From Psammoneis japonica (Eukaryota): a DNA stretch of 64,000 nt. The notes below the pieces were generated by a model. That model had not been told where the DNA came from. It did not search any database and was given only the letters and a program-made list of their open reading frames with translations. Positions 37,789 to 50,865 of the stretch are shown here, piece by piece. Both the position numbers and the translations under genes were made by a program. How positions within the stretch are numbered: the stretch's first letter is position 1; each line of letters begins with the position of its first letter. The stretch lies in assembly GCA_008632985.1 (NCBI GenBank), contig QPGO01000240.1, forward strand, positions 1-64,000. Direction: 5' to 3'.

Positions 37789-39114
37789 TCATCCTACATT
37801 CTCTTGCTCTTCACCTTTGTAAAGCTCAAATGATATTCTCTGTCGCAGTTCAGCATTTGTCCAATTGTAATTTGTGAAAGCCCTGTCCCCAAATCTTTCT
37901 CGACGAGACTCACTGTCTACAGAATACAAACGCACTCGTTTCGCGTTGCTCAAATAGCCAGCCCAAAAGACAAACGTCGACATTGCGACGCCCACCAACT
38001 CTTTTTGTGCTGAACGGAGAAAGCAGAAATCTTGGTACGGCCGTTGGCGCGTGGCAAGGCGAACTGCCAAGCGCGTGCCTCGAGTGCAGACACATGCTTT
38101 TTCGCTTCTAAATCCCCGGTTGTCATGATGGCTACCTTTTCACCTGGCTTTAAATGACCAAAGAGTTCTGAAGCTGTCCTATTTGAACCCATTTCTATAA
38201 AACCCATGTCATACCATCGATCCGGTAGTTCACCCTTAAAGTTTCGATAGTGCTAGAGAGATTGTGTCACAACAACCGCCAAACAAAAGAGTGAGTCAAG
38301 TCCAAATCGTTTCGATGGCGACTACTCGTTCCTCGTACCGGGTACTCACAAATACAGTCTCGTCTTGGTCCGGTCGTTCTTCGCAGCAAGCGACCTCGTC
38401 AAAGGCAAACAATTTACGGAGCTCTTCGTAGTACCTGTCCATGACAAATAGGGCGTTGCTGCTCATCTGATCTACCAATAGTATGGGGAGCGAGACCTTG
38501 GTGCTAGGGCGACTGTTGTATTCTGGTGGCGGTGAACTCTTTCGCAACGTCTGCAAATATTGAAGAGATCCCTTCAGGCAAACCTCGTCAAGACATGACG
38601 AGTCGATTTCAAGCCTAGAAGCATTCTCTTCTCCCAACCATTCCTTTTGGGCTTCAAAAGCTGCTGATATTTCTTCACTGTTTCCGGCATTGAAATCGTG
38701 CTGTCTCATTTCCGGAAAGCATTTTTTGGTATCTGAAATAGGCCCTTCATAACGAAGATCGCCCTTGATAACAAGCTCTGTGTTGTCTATACCAAAGTCT
38801 TTCTTGGCCATGAGTTGCACTGCTCGACCATAGGCGATTTTGGAAAGATAGTTTCCCATTCGTCCTGACAGCTGCACTACAATTGTGACTTTGTTGTACT
38901 CATCTGTTGGAGTTTCTTGTTCTTTTTTATGCACTGCGGCCAAAGCAGCTTCTATTTTTGTGGATGCGGGTACCACTTCGACCTTGTCGTTTGTTGGCGA
39001 CAACAAGAATTCTGCATAGAAATTCTGTGCAACGATGAGCACAGACAAAGCTACTGCGGTAGTGACAGTTCGGACTATCCCAGTCTTTCCCCTCAAACAC
39101 GACCGTCTTGTCAT
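37789..39114 (-). CDS. Type II membrane glycosyltransferase, GT11/alpha-1,2-fucosyltransferase-like; 1 intron, -1 frameshift near 38072
   Basis: N-terminal TM anchor. LSGRMGNYL; VFHYRNF formed across intron 38349..38253; QDFCFL..STFVFWAGYL. Confidence 0.65.
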
Positions 39115-39531
39115 TTGTATAAAGAGAGGCGCTCCTTCTGTGACTATTATGCTGTGCGGGACACAAGATGTTACCATACGCTTTGAACACTGGGAATGCC
39201 AATGTTCCCAAGTGCATATGTGCAATGCAACGAACTGAAACATGTTTGTCGGAGTGCCAAGTCCCGATTCACGACTCAGTGACGTCACGCGTTCTCCTCT
39301 TTACAAGTACTGTAGTAGAGCTAACGTACCGTACTGTAGGTAGGACTGGTAAGTTACAAAATGGAGGAGGAGCTATAATGAGTGTACCGGCATGGTGTGA
39401 AGAAGAAGTTTGTTTGCAATGTGCATGCACAACAGTAGCCTTCATGCTATATGCAAATAGTCTGATGATTGAAGCAAGCACTTCCATGCAAAATATAAAA
39501 TAAGGTCCATGCCTTGATGGTTCTGCCCACT

Positions 39532-41591
39532 CTAACGATCGCGAAGTATCCAGACGTCATCCAAGATATCACCGGCAGTTGGGTCATTTTCGGGCCCTGC
39601 CTTGACAAATTCAAAATGAAGCGCTGTTCTGTTCATGACGGTGATTCGTCCATACCCGTGATTTTGGTTTCGGAACGCCATGGTCCAATCCTGCTCATAC
39701 AGAGTGCCAGCGTCAAGGAATGCACCCGCAGTTCCAACAGTAATGTGGGTGGGCCCGCCATTGTCACATTTTCCCTTGTACAATCCATCACAAGTTCGCA
39801 GATACGAGTGGTAATGCCCGCTCAGTAAAAGATCCACCTGGTAGTCGTATAGTAAGTCTTCAACTTCGTATCGAAGGCCCATGTCAACCATGTTTTGGTC
39901 CCAAAAGTTCGCGCTATGGTACAAGGGACGGTGCATCTCGACCGCAAGCCACGGAGTGATACTTCGATTCACATTCTTCAATTGATACTCTAGCCACTCA
40001 TACTGCGGTGACCCAATTGACATGTTGTGCTCGGAGGACAGCATGATGGTGCGGAGAGAAGCGTAGTCGTGCGAATACCAAAAGACTCCATTGCCGTTGG
40101 GAGGCATTTCAAACCGTCGCGAGATGGGTGTCCCGCATTCGCCACCGGAATCGTCCCCATAATTTCCCCAAGATGGCATGAATCCGTGAGACGTGTTGAC
40201 AAAGGATGGATCTCTTCCATTGTCTCCTCCCTCCGAATGGTCATACTCATGGTTGCCTACTCCCACCGAGAGCGGTACTCTCGAAGCAAAGGGTTGAATC
40301 ATGTGAAACCAGTCATCCCAAATATGTGCTGCACCTCGAGCATAACTGAGGTCGCCCAAATGATGAACTTGAGTAATGGGTAGTGACTCGTTGTTGCTGT
40401 CAATCTCACGCGTCGCCATGGCTGACGTCCATAAGCCACCGTCACCCCAACCAACTGACGGGCAACCCTGATCACCATAAACGATATAGGAAAAAGGCCG
40501 CTCGTCTCCCACGGGCGGGGCCGATGTAAAGCTGTACACGTCGCTCCAGGTAATGCCTTGACCGGCAGCCAGTCCGACCTTGTAGTGATAGGTGGTGTTG
40601 GGTTCCAGATTGGTCAGCTTGACGACATGTAGCCAGCCCGGAGGTTGAAACTTTCCAACATCTGTCTCATTGGCGGGAGCTTGACACATGTCAATGGCCT
40701 CATACGTCTGGCTCGTGCCTTCTGCTTTAGTCTTTGGGTCGTTGGTCCCATACATGGCGACTGGTTTGCCGGATTCGCCCGTCACGTACTGAACCACCAT
40801 TTCCGACGTGTCATTGGTCCAGGCCAAGTGAATGGCCGTTGGTGTTCGCTTTGAATCGGGTGTTGACAGATAGGCGATTTCGCCATCAAGTGCAATCGCT
40901 TCTTGTGATCTGTCGTCAGACTTGTACAACCGAAACTGACAAGTTTCCTGACGCATGACGGGAAACGAAGGAATCAACCACTCTTCATGACTTCTCCCAT
41001 GCTTTTGCGATGTTGCTCGAACTTGAGCAAGGGTTGCAGCCTCGTAAAATCGCCTTGGATCTTGCTCGGATGCTGGACAAAACAACAGCACCAGATCATC
41101 ATCGTTCATCAGCGCGTTCCCCACCGCATCTCGGCCAAGCGACCAGGAGAGAGTGACGGGCTCTCGGATCTGAATAAGTGTCCTATCCAATGATAACGTT
41201 GGGGCTTCCACGATATTTTGAAATTTTTCATCCTGTGAGGGCTCTGCTGCTGATTCCTCCACAAATTCTGCTTCTTGCACTTGTTTGTAAGGGGATTATC
41301 AAACGCCAAGAGGTACTCGCCCGTCACGGCATCCACAATGGATAGGGGTGTAGGGTGGGTATGTGTCCTCTGCTTATTACCATACGTCGAGACTGTATCA
41401 TCAGATGATTGATTGCGAGAATTCATAAAAAGAGCCGCTGCAAACACAGACATGAAGCACGACCAAACAAACAATCTCGGAACGAGCTTATTCTGCTTTC
41501 GCTGGATACCGCTTTCATGATTGAAAGACTGACGACTCTGATTCTCGTCGATTAATGGTGTGTAAAAGTCAAGATCTAAGTGAGGTTCCAT
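39532..41591 (-). CDS. Purple acid phosphatase family metallophosphoesterase (apparent -1 frameshift near 41290)
   Basis: All five metal-binding motifs are present: GDQG, GDLSYA, GNHEYD, MHRPLY, GHYHSY. Also an FN3-like LHVVKLTNLEPNTTYHYKVG and an N-terminal TM. Confidence 0.9.
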
Positions 41592-41920
41592 AGTATCGTC
41601 TCTCTTTTACTTGACACTTGACACCACTTGTTCTTTGTGCGCCATTTGGACATCCAACATGGGGGGCATTTTTGTGCTGTGATGTCGGTGTGGCGGCTTC
41701 ACATCTCTACAGGGGATCTCCGTAGAATCCGTACTGATTGATGACGTCAGTAGGTTGAAGAGTTCCGGGGGCACCTCTAACCTCTAACACCATGAACCAT
41801 GACACTCCTCAGAAGCTTCCGTAGCGCTCGATTCTTCTTTCAGAGAAGCCGCCCATTAGTCTAGAACCCTTCTTTATTTCCTTATTGCCAATCTTAAAAA
41901 GCACATGCTAACTTATCATC

Positions 41921-43099
41921 ATGTCAGATGATGTCGTGACGAACAGCGATGGCGGAGGATTGTGGATTCTGTTTTTGTCGCTCTTGATTCTCCTCTTACT
42001 GGCAAGCATGTTCGCACTCTGCCACGGTACTCGCTCCTTTTGCAATCAATACATTTTCTGTCACCGTATTGGTGGCTGTTGTTGCTGTACCGTGGATATG
42101 GAAGCCTATCGACAGGAACGCGAGAGTTTGCGTCGACTACGAGAGCTTCGTCACGTACACCGCATGCGCATGGAACAGCTTCAATTACGAGAACGTCTCG
42201 CAGTGGCACACGCCTTGAACCAACAACAATTGCGACGTGGGACAACAGTAGGCAACAATAGTGTGTTGGAGTTGCATCCCATCCCGTTGGAAACCTTTTC
42301 ACAAATACCTGGCCCAATACCCGACTCTTTCTCTTCGAGTGGTCGAGTTTTGACTCCTTCGGAATTGCAAACACGAGGCATGACGCCCGAAATGCGAGCA
42401 GCATATGCTAATATGAGCTCTTTGGGATTTATTCTCGTGCCTCCGCCCTTGCATCTGGATGCCACACACCGGGGACCGAGCGGCATTGTGGGTTCCAACA
42501 CTGAATACCGCGACAGTCTCACGCCGGAACAGCGACGAGAGATTCTGGATCGATTGCTGGTGTTTACAAATTATCATGCACATCATGCGACAATAAGTGC
42601 TACTGCTAATAATAATGAAACTCAAGAGGAAGCAACATTAGCAGACAAAGCCAAGAGCTCGGAAGGAACAACCCCGGAGAAGAACTCAACAAACGAAACC
42701 ACTGCTAAAAATGATCTCGAGGCCGGGCCTTCACAGCACGACATGACAAATGCGGAACAACAACAACATCACGACGAACCACAAACTTTTGCGTTTCCAC
42801 TACACGAAGAACCCGAAGAGACAGACAAGACGTGTGCGATTTGTCTAGATGATTTTGAGGAAGGAGAATTGATCAACGATGCCAGCAAATGCCCACACTT
42901 CTTTCATCGGGACTGTCTACTGAGTTGGTTGGATCGTCACTCGGTTTGTCCTTGTTGTCGACGACCCATGGTAACCGAGACGGATTGGCAGAGTGCTGCT
43001 GCCGCAGACTCACCCACGGAAAACAGCACAAGCGCTACTTCTGAGCAGCAGCAACCGCAGCAACCTACTTCTGCCGTACCTGATTCCCGCCAGCTATAA
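41921..43099 (+). CDS. TM-anchored RING-H2 E3 ubiquitin ligase (ATL-like)
   Basis: N-terminal TM. RING-H2 CAICLDDF..CPHFFHRDCLLSWL..CPCCR. Confidence 0.9.
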   Translation: MSDDVVTNSDGGGLWILFLSLLILLLLASMFALCHGTRSFCNQYIFCHRIGGCCCCTVDMEAYRQERESLRRLRELRHVHRMRMEQLQLRERLAVAHALNQQQLRRGTTVGNNSVLELHPIPLETFSQIPGPIPDSFSSSGRVLTPSELQTRGMTPEMRAAYANMSSLGFILVPPPLHLDATHRGPSGIVGSNTEYRDSLTPEQRREILDRLLVFTNYHAHHATISATANNNETQEEATLADKAKSSEGTTPEKNSTNETTAKNDLEAGPSQHDMTNAEQQQHHDEPQTFAFPLHEEPEETDKTCAICLDDFEEGELINDASKCPHFFHRDCLLSWLDRHSVCPCCRRPMVTETDWQSAAAADSPTENSTSATSEQQQPQQPTSAVPDSRQL

Positions 43100-43686
43100 T
43101 ACTAAAATCATTCAATGCTAACTAGGCTGTCAGTATTCAAACAGAACACTAAAAAAAATCCAATTGGTTTGTGAATCACTGTCTGGAGTACAATCGTCTG
43201 TCGTCGCCGATGCGCGAACGACGTCTCTCTCTAGAGAGGAAGCTAGAGAGACTGTGTAAGTTGCTCTGCGGTGACAGCCGTCATAGAAACCTAATAGTTC
43301 TCTAGCTAGAGTGAATCATTGCAATTTCCACTATAATCAACGATCATTTTCAAGTCGTGGCGCTGTCGTACCGCGGCGACAAGATGTGTGATAGCAATCA
43401 CCTACTACGTAAGGCTAGTCTAGTCAACTCTCGCTTGCAGCAAACTTTGGCTGACAGTGGGTGTGGTTAACAGAGGGCTCATTTTGATCTAAGACATATT
43501 GTAGTAACAATCGTATTCTAACTATCCTTCCTCTTCTACGGTAGCACTGCATACCTGACGTTGTTTCAGATGGCATTTTCGATTTGTTTGTACCACAAAA
43601 TGAAGACTACCAGAAACGTCTGATGGCTAACTGATGAAGTTTATTATTTCTATGCGGCGCTAGTTTAAACACACAAACGCCACTCT

Positions 43687-44920
43687 CTATCTATTATGTG
43701 CTTCGTCGTCATGTCGCACATCCCGTTCGGCAGAAAAGAGCAAGGCGAGTTCTTCCGGTTCACCCGCAACCGTCTCGTGAATTGTCTCGTCGGCCTCTTG
43801 CATTTTGAAAATGCCCACAATCACATGAAACCCAAAATCAAGACTGTGCCGACAATGCTCCAAAGATTGATTGGCTCATGCAAAAAGGCCATTTCAAAAA
43901 TGTACGTAAACACAATTTGAGAGCACGTTGCGAGTGTCCCCGTGGCGGCTGTTTCACGTTGCAAGCCAAGGTTGGTCAAGTATTGACCCATATACGCGGT
44001 GAGACCGGTCAAGACAACTAGAAAGCAATCCCATACAGTAAAGAATTCGCTGCCGACACGCCAGATCTTCCAATTGTCAAGCAAGATTTTGGAGCCTACA
44101 AACGTAATGGGGACCGAAAGTACTCCATAGTACAATACCATTACATTCGCTGAAGCACCGTGTCCAATTTTTCGGACACTCATATATGCCATGCCAGCAA
44201 AGGCCGCTCCAAGCAACGCCACTGCAATGGCTCCCATGGCGTGGCCTTCGTTCTTGGTCGGCTCGTCCGCACCTTCTTCTCCAAATAACCAGCTGGGATG
44301 CGCAATGAGCATGACACCCAACAGACACACCACGGCACCAATCATGTCTAATGTTTGCCATGTTTCTCCCGCAAAACAAACAGCAAAGGCTGCCGCAAAG
44401 GGCGGCGTTGTGAATTGCAACGTGACGGCATCCGGCAGGGGCAAGTGTTGAATGGCATAAAAGAAACAAAGGACCGCTGCTGCACCAATCCCACCCCGTA
44501 CCAACAACCAACCCCGTAAATGCGGTGGACCGAGGGGATTTTCTCGCGCTCGTAGACAGAGAGCCACGGCAATGGGGATTTCAACAAAGCCACGATAAAA
44601 GGTGAGTGTAAAACTATTCGCACGGCCTTGCATGAGCTTGACAAACAAAAACACTACACACAATATTCAAACGAACGATATAATTGTGAGTAAAATAGAA
44701 AATAAGATAACGTCAGACGAAAATGCACAAGATATGGGGAGAACCACGTACTGCAACTGAAGGAGAGAGAACCCAACGTTATGAGCGCTATACCAAGCAA
44801 CGAATGATGAACGACTGGTGATGCCGAAGCATCACTGTGACTTTTGGGAGAGCTTCCACCATATTGGCTGTTGTTGTGGCTCGGCAACAAAGTCTTGTCT
44901 TCCTTGTTTTCTGATTTCAT
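43687..44920 (-). CDS. EamA/DMT-superfamily transporter (SLC35G-like); 1 intron, -1 frameshift near 43823
   Basis: Intron 44751..44654 joins SFSC to MFLFVK. Motifs LLVRGGIG, YAIQHLPLPDAVTLQFTTPPF, VRKIG, QIVFTYIFE. About 10 TMs. Confidence 0.85.
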
Positions 44921-45632
44921 AGCGGCAAAGCGAGGTCGCAACTTGCTCATGGACGATGCGAACGCTGAACTTGAGAACGCTGATGCCTGTGATGATGTTT
45001 TCGTTGCAGTTGCACGTTGGACGGTTTTGGGCTTTTGTGCTCTGCGGGATTTTGAAATTTTGGATTGGCTGGCTCGAGTACGTAGGAAACGTACCGTCAT
45101 TTACGTGTTTGCTAGTTTGATGAAAACGGCCATCCGATCGATGGACACCCGACACCCGACACACGATACAATGATCGAACGATACAATGGCGTGGCAGGT
45201 CGCAAGAGAACGCGAATACGCAGGCATACTGGGTGGACAGGACTACCGGTATTCATGTTTTCATCCTGACATTTACAAAACAGACAACATCAATATGTTT
45301 GGCGGTGCAAGAAGTTGGAACGCAAGCAAGCTCCTTTTTTCTTTCGACTCGCTCAAAGGATGCGGGATGCGGGCTTTGCTATAGGATATTATTTACAAGG
45401 CACTCATAACTGACTCTGACGAAAGTGCTGTACGAAGACCGTTGTACTAACGAAGAATGGATTATGTACACTATAACAAAAAGAAAGACAACAGCGTCTT
45501 GGCGAATGAATCGATTGGTCGAAAACTTGGCAAACAGTGTGTTTCCTTTGAGACATGCAAATACGATCACGAGGCTCTTCAGCCATTCATCCAAAATGTT
45601 CCAATATCGAGGCCGAGCTAAAAAGCTTTGCC

Positions 45633-48191
45633 TCAATGCCAGCCCCGCCACCAAGACGATCCTTTGCCGCCCTTGCGACGGTTTAACTTTTTCCCTTTGC
45701 GCCGTTTCTTTCCTTTGCCGCGGTTGCTTGGACGAAGCCACCAACGGTTACTTTTGGTTGGCTTTCGTCCGGGACCTGGACTATTTGAGGGCCACCAGTT
45801 GGACGGAGAGGGCTGGCGAGGCCTTGCCGTGACCGATGCCCAACGCCAAGGTCGAGGAGTGGGAGTCGGATTTTTGGGATTTGGCGGCACTATGGACGAC
45901 GGGCTGTTAGACGGTTTGCTAGACGGAGCTATGCTGGGTTCAACAGAAGGCGCCACGGTTGGCAACGTCACATTAGGAAGCATAGGACGGTCGGTTGGCG
46001 TCACAGTTGGAAAGCTGGTTGGATTCAATGACGGAGTCTCGCTTGGATTGTTCGATGGCGCAGCAGACTCATTGCTTGGTTGTTCCGACGGCGCTGTTGA
46101 AGGGGAGGTTGATGAGTCATTGCTCGGACGATCCGATGGCGCGGAAGAAGGAAAGCTTGAGGGTGGAGTCGTGGAAGGCGCTATCGAAGGATAGGTTGAA
46201 GGTTGCATCGATAGCGCCTTTGCAGCATTAACGGCGGCCAATGCATCGATTAGGCCATGGCCAGAATCAAAGTCGAAACCAGGCCCTTCCATGTCAATTG
46301 CGGTTTCCTCCAAAATTGCGTATATCTGAGCTGGTGTCAATGTTGGGTTGACCTGCAGCAATAGAATAGCAACTGCTGCTGCATTTGGTGCAGCCGCCGA
46401 GGTTCCTATATGATTGATAATACGCGACAGGGGCATTATATTAGAACACAAGGGATTTCAAAAAGAGAGAGAGAGAGATAAGCTTACCGACAAAATACCG
46501 CCCTAGACCATTTGGAAAATAGGTTGTATTGAGCCCGAAGAAAGTGTTGATGCAACGATCCGGTGCAACAAAACGAGGCTGATTTCGAATTTCATCTGCC
46601 TGTTTTCTTGATCCATCTATCTCAAATAGAATTGGCGTGCCACCGCGACTGGAAAAAGGTTCTAAGAGAGGCGGGCTTTGGTTAAAAGCTGGCGTCTGAA
46701 GATAAAAGGATGCGCCAACAGCGGCAGTGAGCCTCTGGTTCGTGTGACCGAATGAAGTTGGAGACTGAGTGTCGAAAGTAGCAATGTCTACCACTCTGTC
46801 GAACCCAATCCACTTCATTCGGGGAGGAGGGGTGCCGGTGGTGCACAGAGAAAATTCAAGCTCCACGGTACGACCATTAGGCACAAACAACATCTTGACT
46901 GGATCCAAGCCCAAGTCATTGTCATTATTTGCATAAATAATTCCAAAGACTGGATCGTAAACGCGAATATTCATGTTTCTCGCCGCACCAGGTGATGCGA
47001 CACTCACGGTGAGGAAAGGATCTTCCCACTGAAAGACAATTCGTGAGGTAACTTTTGTACTGTTAGGGAGAGTAGGACCGATGGCTACTCGTTGGCGCGT
47101 TACGCCTGGACCGAATTCGTGGATTTCGCATCCACTAGCATCGAACGTTCCCGAGCCAGTAAATATTCCCTCCCACGATAGTCTTCCGTCATTTCCGACG
47201 GCTGTAAAGTAAGGAATGCCATCTATCTCTGCCACTTCATTTGCTGCCTGTGCAATGAGCCCATCCTGGAAAAATGGCTCATCGAGAATCCCTGACAGTC
47301 ACAGCGAAATAGAGAATTACGAAACGCAGGGTTGATACAAACGATCAGAGCAAGGACTACATAATGACATTCCATGTTTCGCTGATCACAAGACTTACCA
47401 ACATCATCGACAATGACATTGCATCCAGCATTTGCCAGCACCCTAATTCCAGTTGGAAAATACCCGTCGAACGCAGTATGAAAGAAAATTTCAGCATCTG
47501 GAACCAAGTCATGGACCAGTTGTGCCATTGCGCGCCCTTCGTCTGACCCATTTCCACTGGGAAGGTCTTGGAGAATATTCCCTTTTCTGAAGTTTTGTGG
47601 TAAATCACCAGAATTCAGGTCATCATCGAGTCTACCATCATTGTCAAAGCTGTCTGAGAGAATTCCTATCTTTAAGCCAGCCCCTGTCAAATTTGTATCT
47701 TCTTGACGTACAAGATCGACTCGAAGAGCCTTGAGTGCCTCACTGACGACTGAACCGGCTTGTTTTGTCACAGCGGCGGTTGGACGAATGGCTCTGACCT
47801 CATCTCGAGCCTCAAAGTCAGGGAAACTCTTAATTGGAAGGTATCCATCGCATCGATGCGCACTGCATGCAGTGACTTCAAAATCGTTGGCTTCAAAAGC
47901 TGGCTTCAGGAGTTCCTCGGCGCTCGCTTCGCCGGAAGTTGCTATGACTTTCACCAACATTTTGCCATCCTTCCAAACGAAGGCGTCCGAAAGAGTCAAC
48001 GCGGGCAAAGAATCTCCTTCAAGTTCCGTTTGAGATCCATCCGCTGACATGTAGTCGTTGTAGATGTTTCGAAGCAATCCATTGACGTTGTTCTCTTCGC
48101 GCGGCACCGCTTGCGTCGTCGTGACAAGCATCAAAACACCCACCACGCTTGCAACAGCGAGCGACGTGCTCGTGTGAACCCTGTTTCTCAT
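45633..48191 (-). CDS. Secreted subtilase (S8/S53-like, DEGRAM type) with a Pro/Ser/Thr stalk and a Trp/Lys/Arg-rich tail, 3 exons
   Basis: Signal peptide. Motifs IGILSDSF, DEGRAMAQLVHD, IVDDV, AVGN, GTSAAAPN, GHGLIDALAAV. Introns 47398..47292 and 46487..46406 keep the frame. xPSxxPS repeats in the stalk. Confidence 0.85.
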
Positions 48192-49089
48192 GGCAACTGA
48201 CAAACTATGAGAAGAAAGAGAATTTTGCTCGAGAAGAAGATGTTCTTCAACCGGTACCCGGGAACCGCCAGTGGCGGATCGAAAGATCGCTTGCAAATTC
48301 CAAAACAAGAAAAAGGCCCTATGTTTGCACGTAGGGCCCTACTGTACCATGCACGGAAAAGGGGTGGAATTTTGTGGAACATGGTTGATTAGTTTGCGCA
48401 CCATACATACCTACACGCATCTGGAATTATCATAAACATTTTAAAAAGAATATCAGTGGAGAAAAACGTTACACTGTTTAATGACGCGATCGAAAGAAAC
48501 TACAGTACGTATGATACTTAGTAATATTATAATTCTTGTATGTATGGTAGTCAGTGTATCATATTCTTAAAAGTACTAGAATCACTACCGGTACATCTAT
48601 CACAAACTTACTGTATACTAGAATACAAAATTTGAGTCTTGCCAAAATATCCCGATGTTGTGACGCTCTCTCCGAACAATAGCCGCCTCCAACGGATGTA
48701 TATAGATCTTAAGCTGTCGTTAATAAGTTAAGCCGAATGGTGAGGCTGCATCAATGAGATACTGTATGTAGATCGATTATTTTCTCATTGGCTGGTGCAT
48801 GGTGCATGCGTTCATTATTTTTGACAAATAATGAAGCACGCCGAGATTCGAGTGCTGTTTTGTCTTGCTTCGGCGTCAAGCGACCGGTTAATCGAGTTAA
48901 CAATCGCTCTCGCTTATCTTGTGTAGAGTCGAACGCCCCTTTCGTTCGTATCGAGCTCGGCGGAGCAATCTACTCTACGTGTGATGCGGCCCTACAACCT
49001 CTTCGTGCAAGGTGCGGATCTCTCCCCATAGCGGGAATCACCTTCGACCTATAATTGCAAGGCTTCGAATTTGATAGAGGTTATGTCAT

Positions 49090-50640
49090 GACTATTGGTA
49101 GAGAATAATTGTGGAGATCCTGAAAGCAGAAGTCTTTGAGGCTCGCACTCCTCCAAGATTGTCTACTACAATCGGAAGCGGCAGAGATTGTATATCAATA
49201 GAGATTGTTTGGAAGATGAAGTCGAGTGGATCCCCTCTAGAAGTAATACTGCTGCCATCTCGGTGAATGGTGCCCGCGGGCAATCTTTCGAAATGAATCC
49301 CAGCGGCGTCTGAATGTGCAGGTCGAAGCAACTGTGCGGGTTGCGCGAGAGTCTCTCCATATTATCTGTTATTGTCAGAGGCGAACGCAAGAGAACCAGG
49401 TGTAGTCGTGGACGAACTTCCTCTAGGCTATTATTTTGGTGGATGGTACCCACGGATTCTGTCTCGAAACGAGTCTGAGCGGCGTCACAATGTGTATGTA
49501 AGTCTCTCGATCCTCGGAGATTGTCTGCTATAGTCGGAAACGAAGCGAAGTAAGAGAGCCAGGTTTAGCGCTAGAGCTTGACAAGTGGATGAATGGAGCG
49601 GCTTTTCTCGGAAAAATGCTGCTACCATCGTCGTGAACTGTGCGAACACAAGAGAGCCAGTTTAAGCAATAAAGATTCAATGGCGGATGGACTCCCTCTC
49701 GGCTACCGTTTTGGTCGTGGTACCCACGGATCCTCTTCGGAATTCAGTTCGAGCGGCGTCACAAAGTGTATGCAAGTCTCTCGATCCTCGGAGTTTGCCT
49801 GCTATTTTCGGAAGCGAAAGTAAGAGAGCCAGGTTTAACGATAGAGCTTGACAATTGAATAAGTTGAGCGGCTTCTCTCGGGACAATTCTGCTGCCATCG
49901 TAGTGAACGGTTCGGATGAAATTCGACGGTTCCTCTCTAGAAAATACTGCTGCCATCTCGGTGAATGGGACCCGCCGAAAATCTTTCGGAATGAATCCCA
50001 ACGGCGTCTGAATGTAAAGCTCGTTGCAACAGTACCGGGTACGGGAGTCTCTCAATATAGTCTGTTATTGTCGGAAGCGAAGACAAGATAGCCAGGTTTA
50101 GCAATAGAGATTCACTGACGCGTGAAATTCCTCTTGGCTGCCATTTTGGTGATGGTACCCACGATTTCTGTTTCGAAACGATTCCGAGCGGCGTTACCAT
50201 GTGTCCGCAAGTCGCTCGATCCTCGCAGAGATTGTCTGCAATTCGGAAACGAAAGTTAGTAAGCCAGGTTTAGCGATAGAGCTTGACGAGTGGATGAATG
50301 GAGCGGCTTCTCTCGGAACAACGCTGCTACCATCGTCGTAAACGGTTCGAACACAAGAGAGTCAGTTTTAGCAATAGAGATTGATTGGCGGATGAACTTC
50401 CTCTCCGCTACGATTCCGATCGGCGTCACAATATCTATGCAAGTCTCTCGATCCTTGGAGCTTGTCTGCTGTAGTCGGAAACGAAAGTAGAAGAGCAAGG
50501 TTTAGCGATAGAGCTGGACAAGCGGATAAATTGAGCGGCTTCTCTCGGAAGAATGCTGCAACCATCGTCGTGAATGGCTCGAAACGAATCCTTGCTGCGC
50601 CATACTGTGTAGCTCGAAGCAGCAGTACGGAGTACAATTG
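49090..50640. repeat. Degenerate tandem repeat array with ~700 bp higher-order duplication
   Basis: The unit aagtc(t/g)ctcgatcc..cggaa(a/g)cgaa..aggttta(g/a)cg.tagagct..gagcggctt recurs at about 49500, 49774, 50209 and 50441. The block ctctagaa..tactgctgccatctcggtgaatgg recurs at about 49235 and 49935. Confidence 0.85.
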
Positions 50641-50865
50641 AATCAGTCCATGCAAACAGTCGGGCGTTTTCACTCGATACAGTAGCGACGACATGGTGTG
50701 TACACGAATGAATCAAGCATCCCTCCGGATACAACAAGTCTACAAGTTGAGGATCGAAATAGTCTTGGAAGAGTCAAAATCACTTGTTTCTATGTATTTG
50801 TTAGGGAGTAACGGTTTTGTCTTGTGGAGGCCGTTGCATGGGACGGAGCAACTGTCGAGGCTTGT

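Noticed and set aside
49090..50640. CRISPR-like array
   Set aside because: The units are long and degenerate with no constant short repeat plus unique spacers. There are no cas genes and the context is eukaryotic.
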